From Winogradskyella sp. (GTDB lineage: Bacteria; Bacteroidota; Bacteroidia; Flavobacteriales; Flavobacteriaceae): 49,086 nucleotides of DNA. Both the position numbers and the translations under genes were made by a program. The notes beneath the pieces were generated by a model that was not told the DNA's origin, made no database searches, and worked only from the letters and a program-made list of their open reading frames with translations. Positions 1 to 8,288 of the stretch are shown piece by piece; the first letter of the stretch is position 1, and every line of letters begins with the position of its first letter. The DNA is taken from positions 1 to 49,086 of the forward strand of contig JASBSE010000140.1 of assembly GCA_030149115.1 (NCBI GenBank), read 5' to 3'.

Positions 1-177
1 CCAGATATTGAAGTCATTCAACATCCTAAAGAGACTTCAAAAGGAAACGACCCACAATTAGAACGTGCTGTACAGGAAGCGATGAAGCTTCTAAACGGTA
101 ATGAGTTTGAACTAAAACCAGAACCAAAAGCTCCAGTGCGTTGGAAACGTCCTAAAGGGTACAAATCCGATAATTAA
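1..177 (+). CDS. C-terminal fragment of an S41 (tricorn-like) peptidase, truncated by the window edge
   Basis: Frame 1 reads PDIEVIQHPKETSKGNDPQLERAVQEAMKLL...KSDN*. PDIEV...DPQLERAV is the typical S41/tricorn C-terminal motif. Confidence 0.7.
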   Translation, partial: PDIEVIQHPKETSKGNDPQLERAVQEAMKLLNGNEFELKPEPKAPVRWKRPKGYKSDN

Positions 178-228
178 GACGTCATCAATAACGCAATAGC
201 TATTGATAACAAATACAAATTACCTAAC

Positions 229-262
229 TTCCACCACCAGTCTTAATTTGGTGGTGGAATTG
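229..262 (+). terminator. Hairpin, probable terminator after the S41 gene
   Basis: TTCCACCACCA-9nt-TGGTGGTGGAA, a perfect 11-bp stem; U-tract is weak. Confidence 0.5.
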
Positions 263-289
263 CTTGTAATACTATAAAACACACTAATA

Positions 290-1021
290 ATGCCTAAAGC
301 TTCAAAAACAAAACGCATCTTTAAGATTATAGGAGGAATCATCATCTTCTTTACACTGCCTACGCTACTCTTCTTTGGGTTTATGTACCTCAAGTACGAC
401 GAAGATTTACCAACAGGCAAATTGGGTACTGAAGCTGACCAATTAGCAGCGACCATGCTAAATGCCTTAAATGAAGAAGCCTATCTTAATACCGATTATA
501 TTGAGTGGACTTTTAAAAGCAGACACCATTACAAATGGTATAAAACGGATAATACCTGCGAAGTATCTTGGGATGCTATGACCGTAATTCTGGATTTAGA
601 TAACATTAATAACTCAAAAGTATTTGCTGGCGAACAAGAATATAATGGCAGTGAAAAACAGGATTATATCAACAAAGCTGAAAAATACTTCAATAACGAC
701 TCGTTCTGGTTGGTAGCTCCATACAAAGTTTTTGATAAAGGCACAGAACGCAGATTAGTAACAACCGAAAATGGTGAAAAGGCCTTATTGGTCACCTACA
801 CCAAAGGAGGTAGTACCCCTGGCGATTCGTATCTCTGGCATCTGGATAAAAACGGACTGCCTAAAAGCTTTCAAATGTGGGTAGACATTCTACCTATAGA
901 TGGTTTAGAAGCATCATGGGACCAATGGACAACCACCCAAAGTGGAGCCAAATTACCGACCTCGCATAAATTCATGGTGTTTAACCTTGATATGGGAGAA
1001 GTAATAGGACTTAATTTATAA
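290..1021 (+). CDS. Hypothetical membrane-anchored protein
   Basis: 243-aa ORF with an N-terminal hydrophobic helix and a NDSFWL..P motif seen in Bacteroidota hypothetical proteins. Confidence 0.8.
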   Translation: MPKASKTKRIFKIIGGIIIFFTLPTLLFFGFMYLKYDEDLPTGKLGTEADQLAATMLNALNEEAYLNTDYIEWTFKSRHHYKWYKTDNTCEVSWDAMTVILDLDNINNSKVFAGEQEYNGSEKQDYINKAEKYFNNDSFWLVAPYKVFDKGTERRLVTTENGEKALLVTYTKGGSTPGDSYLWHLDKNGLPKSFQMWVDILPIDGLEASWDQWTTTQSGAKLPTSHKFMVFNLDMGEVIGLNL

Positions 1022-1023
1022 CT

Positions 1024-1086
1024 AACACCCAACACCCACTAAATACTGCTTACTGAACACTGCCTACTGCCTACTGAACACTGCCC
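1024..1086. repeat. Degenerate 7-nt tandem repeat tract
   Basis: aacaccc aacaccc actaaat actgctt actgaac actgcct actgcct actgaac actgccc, between convergent genes. Confidence 0.8.
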
Positions 1087-1087
1087 A

Positions 1088-1612
1088 CTACTTAGAACGC
1101 TGCCCTACAAACTGCTGGCTTTTCAACTTAAATAGTACGTTAAAACTGGTTAAACTACCATAGCTTCTGGTAATGTATTGCTGTAAGTCTATCTTTTCCT
1201 GTTCATCAAGGTTGCTAGAGTTTATCTTCTGCTCCATCACACGTAAACGGTCGCGTACCATAGTGATTTTATGAAAGAAGGTGTCTATAGGTAGTTCCTT
1301 ACCTTGTAAGTTAGTGTCACCTGGCTCTAGGATTAACTTTCCACCCTTCCACTTATCGGCAATAGAAATAACTTCAGAAACATCAGACCATTTCTTAAGG
1401 ATGCTTTTAAGACTTTGCTCTACCTCATAAAAACTTACCGTATCTACATCGTCTTCAGCAGCATCAATCACTTCAAAGTCCTCATCGAGTTCTATGGTTT
1501 CTAAACCCTTATCTATAAACGTCACCCAATAGTGCTTTGAGGTCACATTGGTAACGACTCCTTTTCCGTGTGCTGTATGATTGATGCGCGATCCTATTCC
1601 TAATAATTTCAT
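1088..1612 (-). CDS. Hypothetical protein
   Basis: 174-aa ORF; SH3-like N-terminus (GSRINHTAHGKGVVT) and helical C-terminus. Confidence 0.8.
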   Translation of the reverse strand: MKLLGIGSRINHTAHGKGVVTNVTSKHYWVTFIDKGLETIELDEDFEVIDAAEDDVDTVSFYEVEQSLKSILKKWSDVSEVISIADKWKGGKLILEPGDTNLQGKELPIDTFFHKITMVRDRLRVMEQKINSSNLDEQEKIDLQQYITRSYGSLTSFNVLFKLKSQQFVGQRSK

Positions 1613-1653
1613 TGTTGATTATAGTTTAATCTGTTATTCATTTTTATAAAATT

Positions 1654-1773
1654 CGTCAATTCGAGTGGGTTTTACGATTGAAAATGAGTAAAATCTGTAT
1701 CGAGAATAGAATTTTTTACTTTAAACTGGTTCTCGATACGATTTTTCGTGCCTCAAAATCACTCGAACTGACG
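1654..1773. repeat. REP/MITE-like nested palindromic element
   Basis: Outer inverted repeat CGTCAATTCGAGTG / CACTCGAACTGACG (13/14); inner perfect inverted repeat GTATCGAGAA (1697) / TTCTCGATAC (1730). Confidence 0.8.
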
Positions 1774-1960
1774 CTTGATTATGAACTTATTTATTTTATT
1801 TTTCGGATAACAAGTATACTAAATCTCTGTTAGATTTCTGCCTTATAAACAGGAATCTTATGCGATGGTACCCTATTTTGATTTTAGTTCAAAATCTGTT
1901 ACTTTTAGACTTCCTCTATCACCGATCTAATTAATAGTCGTATCCCTAAAAATATATGAT

Positions 1961-2947
1961 ATGGACTACCACATGACCTTCTGGAATTTAGAAAACCTCT
2001 TTGACATTGAACACTCACCAAGGCGTACCGAGAAACTGCAACGTGCTATTGGTAGCGACATAAAAGGCTGGGGACCTACACAACTTAATAATAAATTAGA
2101 CCAACTGAACCACATTATTATTCAGTTGAATAATGGTAAAGGCCCTGATATCCTTGGGGTTTGTGAGGTAGAAAATGCCCATGTACTCAACTTATTAATT
2201 CAGAAAATGGGTGTGTTAAACCGCAACTATGCTTTGGTACATGATGACTCGGATGACAGACGTGGCATTGATGTGGCCTTTATCTACGATGCAGATTTAT
2301 TTAGTGTTGAAGAGGAAAATGGCGAGCCTAAGGTTTATGATCACTTTGTGTTGCGCCGTACAGCCACGAGAGATATTCTACAGGTTAACTTCTTAACCAA
2401 GCATAGCCAAGAACAACAACGTCTGGTACTCATTGCTAACCACTGGCCGTCGCGTAGTGGTGGGCAGTACGAGTCTGAAGGCTACCGACAAATTGCTGGA
2501 GAAACACTGAGCTATTTCCATCAACGGATTAGAGAGGTGCATGGTGATGATACGCCTGTATTGGCAATGGGTGACTTTAACGATGAGCCTTTTAATGAGT
2601 CACTAACCCGATTTGCGCTGGCCTTACGTAGTAGAGCGCGTGTGGTACGTGGACGTATTCCCTACTTTTTAAACCTTATGTGGCCCTTAATGGACTACGG
2701 AACGGCCAGTTTTTACTTTGGAAACCAACCGAATATGATTGATCAGTTTTTGGCTAATGAGAACATGCTAAAGAGCAACAGTGCTATTAAAATAGTGCCT
2801 GATTCAGTATGTATTGAGCGTTTTCCTGAAATGGTAAAGCCTGGTGCCTATGGTGTGCCTAGGCATTTTGGCGGTATGGGTAAAACCATTGTAAGCGATG
2901 GTTATAGTGACCACTACCCTATTTCGGTGAAGCTGAGGGAATCTTAA
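1961..2947 (+). CDS. Endonuclease/exonuclease/phosphatase (EEP) family protein
   Basis: WNLENLFD, PDILGVCEVE, NHWPSR, MGDFND and SDHYP motifs. Confidence 0.9.
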   Translation: MDYHMTFWNLENLFDIEHSPRRTEKLQRAIGSDIKGWGPTQLNNKLDQLNHIIIQLNNGKGPDILGVCEVENAHVLNLLIQKMGVLNRNYALVHDDSDDRRGIDVAFIYDADLFSVEEENGEPKVYDHFVLRRTATRDILQVNFLTKHSQEQQRLVLIANHWPSRSGGQYESEGYRQIAGETLSYFHQRIREVHGDDTPVLAMGDFNDEPFNESLTRFALALRSRARVVRGRIPYFLNLMWPLMDYGTASFYFGNQPNMIDQFLANENMLKSNSAIKIVPDSVCIERFPEMVKPGAYGVPRHFGGMGKTIVSDGYSDHYPISVKLRES

Positions 2948-3303
2948 TCTGAAAAACCATAACTATCTCATTTTTATCATTTTAACAACAAGCAGTCGGG
3001 TGCCATCAAGAATATCTCGATAAGGCTTCAGTTTTAGATAGCTTTTTTAAAGTATTCTCCATATTTCTTCATTTTTATTGTAAATTATTCATTACAAGGC
3101 ATTTGTATTTAAAAAATATTTTTATAGGTTTGGTTTTCAGTTGTTTAGCAACATGATCAGTTGCGATACATAAATTACCGGTGTTTATAACAGCTGCCCT
3201 ATCCCCTTTTATACCTTACTAAGAGCCTAAACTATAGGCTAAGTTTAACCAGATGTACTGCATTTCATTATGCCATGTGCAGTATATCCCAAATCTTATA
3301 ACA

Positions 3304-4104
3304 ATGGCTATAAACACAAGTTTTATCAAATTAGAAGGAACTCTGGATGGGTTAACCTTCTACAACAAAGACGGAGAGAATGTAGTAAAAAAGAAAACGC
3401 AAATCAGCAAAAATCGAATTACTAATGCTCCAGAGTACCAACGTACAAGAGAAAACAACCAAGAATTTGGAGGTTCTGCAAAATGTGGCAAGGCGTTTAG
3501 AGAAAGCTTCGCAGGTATAGCACGTCTGGTAAGTGATACCTATCTAAGTGCTAGGATTACGGCAAAATTAAGAAGCATCATTCCAAATGGTGATGGCTTA
3601 AGAGGTGAACGTAATATTGAGCTTGTAGATAACTTAGAACCCTTCATTGGTTTTAACTTCAACCTATCAAAACCTTTCGATTCGCAGTTTAACGCTCCCG
3701 CAGTTGGGCCAGATATTGCAGATACTAAAGATAGTGTACAATGGGACCTACCAGACTTTAATACAGATACCTTTGTACGTGCACCAGAAGGAGCTACACA
3801 TTTTAAACTGGCATTAGCAACTGGGTATGTAAGCAACTACGAGTGGGACACCTCTTTAAAAGCTTACCAACCTGTAGAAGAAAAACCAAATGCACTAGGT
3901 GTCGTAGAATATAGCGATGCCATTGAACTTGGTGGAATGGTAGGCAGTGCTACCAGTTTTAATATTGATTTATCTGGTTATGCACCTGTACCTGTGACTA
4001 CTGCTCTACTTGCAGCTACAGCTATTGTGTTTTATCAAAAGGTGAATGACGAATTGTATGTCTTAGCACAAGGTCATAGCATGAAAATCGCTGCCGCTAA
4101 ATAA
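3304..4104 (+). CDS. Hypothetical protein (Bacteroidota family starting IKLEGTLDGLTFY)
   Basis: ORF 3253-4104; likely start ATG at 3304 (MAINTSF); contains RTRENNQEFG. Confidence 0.8.
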   Translation: MAINTSFIKLEGTLDGLTFYNKDGENVVKKKTQISKNRITNAPEYQRTRENNQEFGGSAKCGKAFRESFAGIARLVSDTYLSARITAKLRSIIPNGDGLRGERNIELVDNLEPFIGFNFNLSKPFDSQFNAPAVGPDIADTKDSVQWDLPDFNTDTFVRAPEGATHFKLALATGYVSNYEWDTSLKAYQPVEEKPNALGVVEYSDAIELGGMVGSATSFNIDLSGYAPVPVTTALLAATAIVFYQKVNDELYVLAQGHSMKIAAAK

Positions 4105-4126
4105 ACAGTGCTACTCTATTTTTTAC

Positions 4127-4166
4127 AAGCCCTTCTTGGTAGTATACTGAGAGGGGCTTTTCTTTT
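4127..4166 (+). terminator. Rho-independent terminator
   Basis: AAGCCCTTCTTGGTA-gta-TACTGAGAGGGGCTT followed by T-rich sequence; G-U pairs favour the + strand. Confidence 0.75.
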
Positions 4167-4186
4167 AGCTGTATTCCTCTAAAAAT

Positions 4187-4639
4187 CTAATAGTCCAACT
4201 GCCTGCCTTCCTTTTCAGCTTTCTTATCCATACCAGAGCCTACAGCCATACCTATGACCATACCAAGTGGTATGCCTGTACCCAAAAAAGCCCTATTACC
4301 CATGCTAGTACCAAAAGCGACACCCATTGGGACACCAAAGAGCGACATGCCCAGTACCATCCATATCTTTTGATAGTAGCCCTTAGGGACTAACTTATGG
4401 TGTTTTTCAAGGTATTTAAGGATGGTGTTGTATGTAGAGAAAACAGTTCTGTACAACTTAGGGTCTGTAGTGGCCTTAGTATTAAGCTCCCTTAGTTGAT
4501 TATTAATGTAGTCTACCGTAGCATCTGGCAACGTATGTTGTTGCAGTTCTGTTAGTAGCTGTTGTAAAGTGCTTAGCTTGTCTTTTAACTTAGGACTAGG
4601 GTTTTGCTGTGCTTGATGCTTAATATCTATAAATGGCAT
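4187..4639 (-). CDS. Hypothetical membrane protein with a glycine-zipper C-terminus
   Basis: 150-aa ORF; GxxxG-repeat hydrophobic segments. Confidence 0.8.
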   Translation of the reverse strand: MPFIDIKHQAQQNPSPKLKDKLSTLQQLLTELQQHTLPDATVDYINNQLRELNTKATTDPKLYRTVFSTYNTILKYLEKHHKLVPKGYYQKIWMVLGMSLFGVPMGVAFGTSMGNRAFLGTGIPLGMVIGMAVGSGMDKKAEKEGRQLDY

Positions 4640-4721
4640 AAGTGTTTACTTCTGTTATACCTATAGGTATCTTAACCAAGCATTATGTTACACCTATTAA
4701 CACAGTAATGTGGTCATAGGG

Positions 4722-4868
4722 TTATATAAACATGAAGGCATCGTCTTCTTTTACCGTTTTGGTAGCATCCTTAGCTTTTGGCGATAGGTCTCCTATTGGT
4801 CTTGTGGTGTTTATGCTTTTTTGCCGGGACTTTAGCAGTCGTAATCGTAGTTTTTGTAATGAGTTCAT
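4722..4868 (-). CDS. Putative small protein, 48 aa (not in the ORF track)
   Basis: ATG...TAA encodes MNSLQKLRLRLLKSRQKSINTTRPIGDLSPKAKDATKTVKEDDAFMFI; co-oriented with its neighbours; A-rich leader. Confidence 0.5.
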   Translation of the reverse strand: MNSLQKLRLRLLKSRQKSINTTRPIGDLSPKAKDATKTVKEDDAFMFI

Positions 4869-4980
4869 AGCACTTGTTTTTATCCTTACTAAATATACGA
4901 CGCAAAACCGACATTTAGACGTCTTAAATGGTTAGTTTTTAAAGATTTAGTGTTTTGTTAACATTAGAAAGAAATTAACC

Positions 4981-5143
4981 GTCATTGCGAGTGGTCATTG
5001 CGAGGCGCAAAGCGACGTGGCAAACCCGAAGCAATCTCTTAATCAAAACCACACAAACTCTCATGGCGAGTGAGGAAAGAGCGACGCAATCCCTCTATTA
5101 TTTCCTCTCTATTACTAAAACTGCTTCATTCCTCGCAGTGATA
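4981..5143. repeat. Cluster of GTCATTGCGAG...GCAATC REP-like elements
   Basis: GTCATTGCGAG twice (4981, 4994) ending GCAATCTC; TCATGGCGAGTGAGGAAAGAGCGACGCAATC (5061-5091); inverted partner CTGCTTCATTCCTCGCAGTGA (5121-5141). Confidence 0.75.
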
Positions 5144-5225
5144 AATAAATTTGGTAAGAAAACGATTACGCCATATGCTGTTAAGCTTTAACATTTGGCA
5201 TGGTTTTGTTGTGCGAGATTCTTTG

Positions 5226-8200
5226 TTAATTGCCTAAATTAGACATCCGCTTCATTGTATCAAAAAAGGCGCGATAAAATGCATCATCTTTAGCATAAAG
5301 TTTATACAATTCTAATTCTTGTTTACGCTGTTTACGCATAACTTCATCTAAAATTCTCTTAAACGCTAAATCACTATTTTGCTGGTCACTATTATTAACA
5401 ACCTTTGCCTCAAAATCAGGGTGTGCTTGTACAGACTTTGTTAAACTAATAAACTTAACACGTTGGTCTTCTGGTGTTGCTTCCCAACCTTGAAACCAAC
5501 GTTCATTAAACGATTGTATTATTAGGTCTAAAGGGTCTTTATCTTCATCGTTGCCATGTGCGCCTCTTGGGTTTGGATTCTGTGGATCAACTTCGGTTTC
5601 TGAAGCATCTAATTCTATACTTGTATTTAGTTTTACACGTTCTAAACCATAGGTGGATAAATCAATAGATTCTAATAGTTCATCCAAACCATCAATATCA
5701 GGGTTTTTAATAGGTAGTTTAGGAATTAAAAATTTTAAAAACCAAAATAGTTGCTCCCACTTTAATATTTCAAAAGGTAAGATGGATGCCATTTGACCAT
5801 AAATCTTCACGAATTGTTTAGCTTTAATTTTAAAATCAGCTTTATCATCATCCTCCAATTCTAGTTCGTGAATAAAACGCTCTGAAGCCCTTTCAATAAT
5901 AGGGCTTAACACTTGCGCATCTTCCTTATTAAAAAACTTTTCATTAAAATCTTCTACTTCACTCCACTCATACACGCCAACAGCATCCAATACACTTTTT
6001 AATTCATGTAATACATTAACATCTGTAGTTTCTGTTAATGATGTAGCCGTATAAAATGGATCAAATGAAGCTTTGATATCTTCTGTGCTATTAAAAAAGT
6101 CTAACACAAATACATCTTCTGTACGTTTATTATACTTTGGTGCTGCACGATTTAATCGTGAAAGCGCTTGCACAGCCAATACGCCTTGTAACTTTTTATC
6201 CACATACATGGCACATAGCTTAGGTTGGTCAAAACCTGTAAGATACTTGTTTGCCACTACTAAAATGCGATAATCATCGTCTTCAAATTTATGTCGCGTA
6301 TCTTTTTCTGCAAAGCCATTCATTTCAGCTTCTGTATATTCTATACCATCTACTTTTTTAGTTCCTGAAAAAGCTATGGCTATTTTAAACGGGTTGCCTT
6401 TATCTTCTATAATACGCCATAAGGCTTTGTAATACTTAATAGCAGACACAATACTTTGTGTAACTACCATTGCTTTTGCTTTTCCCTTTAAGCGCTTTTT
6501 GTTAATGATATTAGGAATAAAGTGGTCAATGATTATTTCTGCTTTGGTATTTATGGTTTGTTGGTCTTGCTCTACATAAGCACGTAATTTTTTCTGTGCT
6601 TTTGTAGAATCGAACAACGGATTACCTTCTATAGATTTAGAAATCTCGTAGTAGCTTTTCAACGTAGTATAATTAGCTAAAACATCTAAAATAAAACCTT
6701 CCTCAATAGCTTGTTTCATTGAATATAGATGAAACGGTTCACGTCCTTTTCCATCTTCCTTTACTGTTCCAAACTTTTCTAAAGTAATTGGTTTTGGTGT
6801 TGCTGTAAATGCTAAATAACTGGCATTACCACGCATTTTTCTAGATTGCATGGCTTTAATGATCTTGTCTTGAGCATCATCGTCTTCACTCTCTTCTAGT
6901 TGTTGTCCCATAGCTCGATTCATGTTATCATGTGCCGAACCACTTTGGCTAGAGTGTGCTTCATCAATGACTACAGCAAATCGTTTATCACTTAAATCGG
7001 CAATACCATCAATGATAAAAGGGAACTTCTGAATAGTAGTAATGATAATCTTTTTGCCTTGTTCTAAACTATCTCTTAATTCTTTTGAAGAATACGCTGG
7101 TGCTATAATATTCTTTACCTCAGAGAAATTAGCAATATTGTCACGGATTTGTTTGTCTAACAACCTACGGTCGGTAACCACAATTACCGAATCAAACAAG
7201 GGTTGTTCTATACTTTTTGCACCAGCTACATTTGCATTTACAGGATAGGTTTCTATAAGTTGATAGGCTACCCAAGTAATAGAATTAGATTTTCCAGAAC
7301 CTGCGGAATGTTGTATTAAATAGGTTTGCCCAACACCTTTTTCGCTAGCATCCGCAATTATCTTGCGTACCACATCCATTTGATGGTAGCGCGGAAAGAA
7401 CAAAGTTTTGGTGTTTAATGAATCTTTTTTCTTCCCATCCAAACGTACAAAATGCTGAATAATATTAGCTAAACTCTCTCGTGCAAACACCTCATCCCAT
7501 AAATATTGTGTACGGTGTCCTATAGCTCCTATTGGTAACTCTGGATTACCTTTACCATGTTTGTTACCTTTATTAAATGGTAAAAAGAATGTTGCCTTTC
7601 CATCTAATTTTGTGGTCATATAGGCTTCATTAGTATCTACAGCTAAGTGTACAATACAACGTGCAAACTGTAATAAAGGCTGCTTGTTATCGCGCTGGGT
7701 TTTGTATTGGTGTTGCCCATGAACCCTTGCATTTTGATTTGTCCAAGGGTTTTTAAGCTCCATAGTTACCAGTGGCAAGCCGTTAACAAACAACACCACA
7801 TCTATTTCTTCCCTTGGATTGTCTGTACTATATCGTAACTGTCTAGTCACGCTAAACTTATTACTCTCAAAATTGTCTTTTACCTGTTGGCTACTACTTG
7901 CTAGCGGCGACTCGTAAAACAAGGTAAAATGCGCATCATCTACTTCCAAACCTTTTTTAAGCAGATGCAGCACACCGTATTTTTTTATCATACGGTCAAA
8001 ACGATTCAGGATTTTAAGTTTCCAATCGGTCTGCTTTTGAAGTTTTTCTAACTCCTCTTTTTGGGTGCTTTGTAAAAAGTCCCAAAAGAATTGCTCATCT
8101 ATGGCAAACTGTGCATTAAAATAATTAGGTTGCCCAATGTAATAGCCTTTACCTGTTTGGTATATTTCGGCATCTTCGTTAACTGCACCTATACCAAGAC

Positions 8201-8288
8201 CTTGTTGTTTCAGGTCTTCTAAACAAGTACCGGTTAAGTGTTTTTCTATGGCTGCTTCTAAAGCTTGCTCGTTGGTTTTAGACTGCAT
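5226..8288 (-). CDS. hsdR: Type I restriction enzyme R subunit
   Basis: Nuclease motif IDVVLFVNGLPLVTMELK; Walker A HSAGSGKS; DEAH; FTATP; LTGFDQP; QALSRLNR. Confidence 0.96.
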   Translation of the reverse strand: MQSKTNEQALEAAIEKHLTGTCLEDLKQQGLGIGAVNEDAEIYQTGKGYYIGQPNYFNAQFAIDEQFFWDFLQSTQKEELEKLQKQTDWKLKILNRFDRMIKKYGVLHLLKKGLEVDDAHFTLFYESPLASSSQQVKDNFESNKFSVTRQLRYSTDNPREEIDVVLFVNGLPLVTMELKNPWTNQNARVHGQHQYKTQRDNKQPLLQFARCIVHLAVDTNEAYMTTKLDGKATFFLPFNKGNKHGKGNPELPIGAIGHRTQYLWDEVFARESLANIIQHFVRLDGKKKDSLNTKTLFFPRYHQMDVVRKIIADASEKGVGQTYLIQHSAGSGKSNSITWVAYQLIETYPVNANVAGAKSIEQPLFDSVIVVTDRRLLDKQIRDNIANFSEVKNIIAPAYSSKELRDSLEQGKKIIITTIQKFPFIIDGIADLSDKRFAVVIDEAHSSQSGSAHDNMNRAMGQQLEESEDDDAQDKIIKAMQSRKMRGNASYLAFTATPKPITLEKFGTVKEDGKGREPFHLYSMKQAIEEGFILDVLANYTTLKSYYEISKSIEGNPLFDSTKAQKKLRAYVEQDQQTINTKAEIIIDHFIPNIINKKRLKGKAKAMVVTQSIVSAIKYYKALWRIIEDKGNPFKIAIAFSGTKKVDGIEYTEAEMNGFAEKDTRHKFEDDDYRILVVANKYLTGFDQPKLCAMYVDKKLQGVLAVQALSRLNRAAPKYNKRTEDVFVLDFFNSTEDIKASFDPFYTATSLTETTDVNVLHELKSVLDAVGVYEWSEVEDFNEKFFNKEDAQVLSPIIERASERFIHELELEDDDKADFKIKAKQFVKIYGQMASILPFEILKWEQLFWFLKFLIPKLPIKNPDIDGLDELLESIDLSTYGLERVKLNTSIELDASETEVDPQNPNPRGAHGNDEDKDPLDLIIQSFNERWFQGWEATPEDQRVKFISLTKSVQAHPDFEAKVVNNSDQQNSDLAFKRILDEVMRKQRKQELELYKLYAKDDAFYRAFFDTMKRMSNLGN

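Noticed and set aside
1866-1885. TACCC half-site upstream of the EEP gene as a third operator copy
   Set aside because: The right arm (GGGTA) is absent and the spacing to the promoter element differs.
4732-5191. ORF-track entries 4732-4935 and 4985-5191
   Set aside because: The first is antisense to the more plausible 48-aa ORF; the second is a translation of REP-like repeats (VIAR...SNL).
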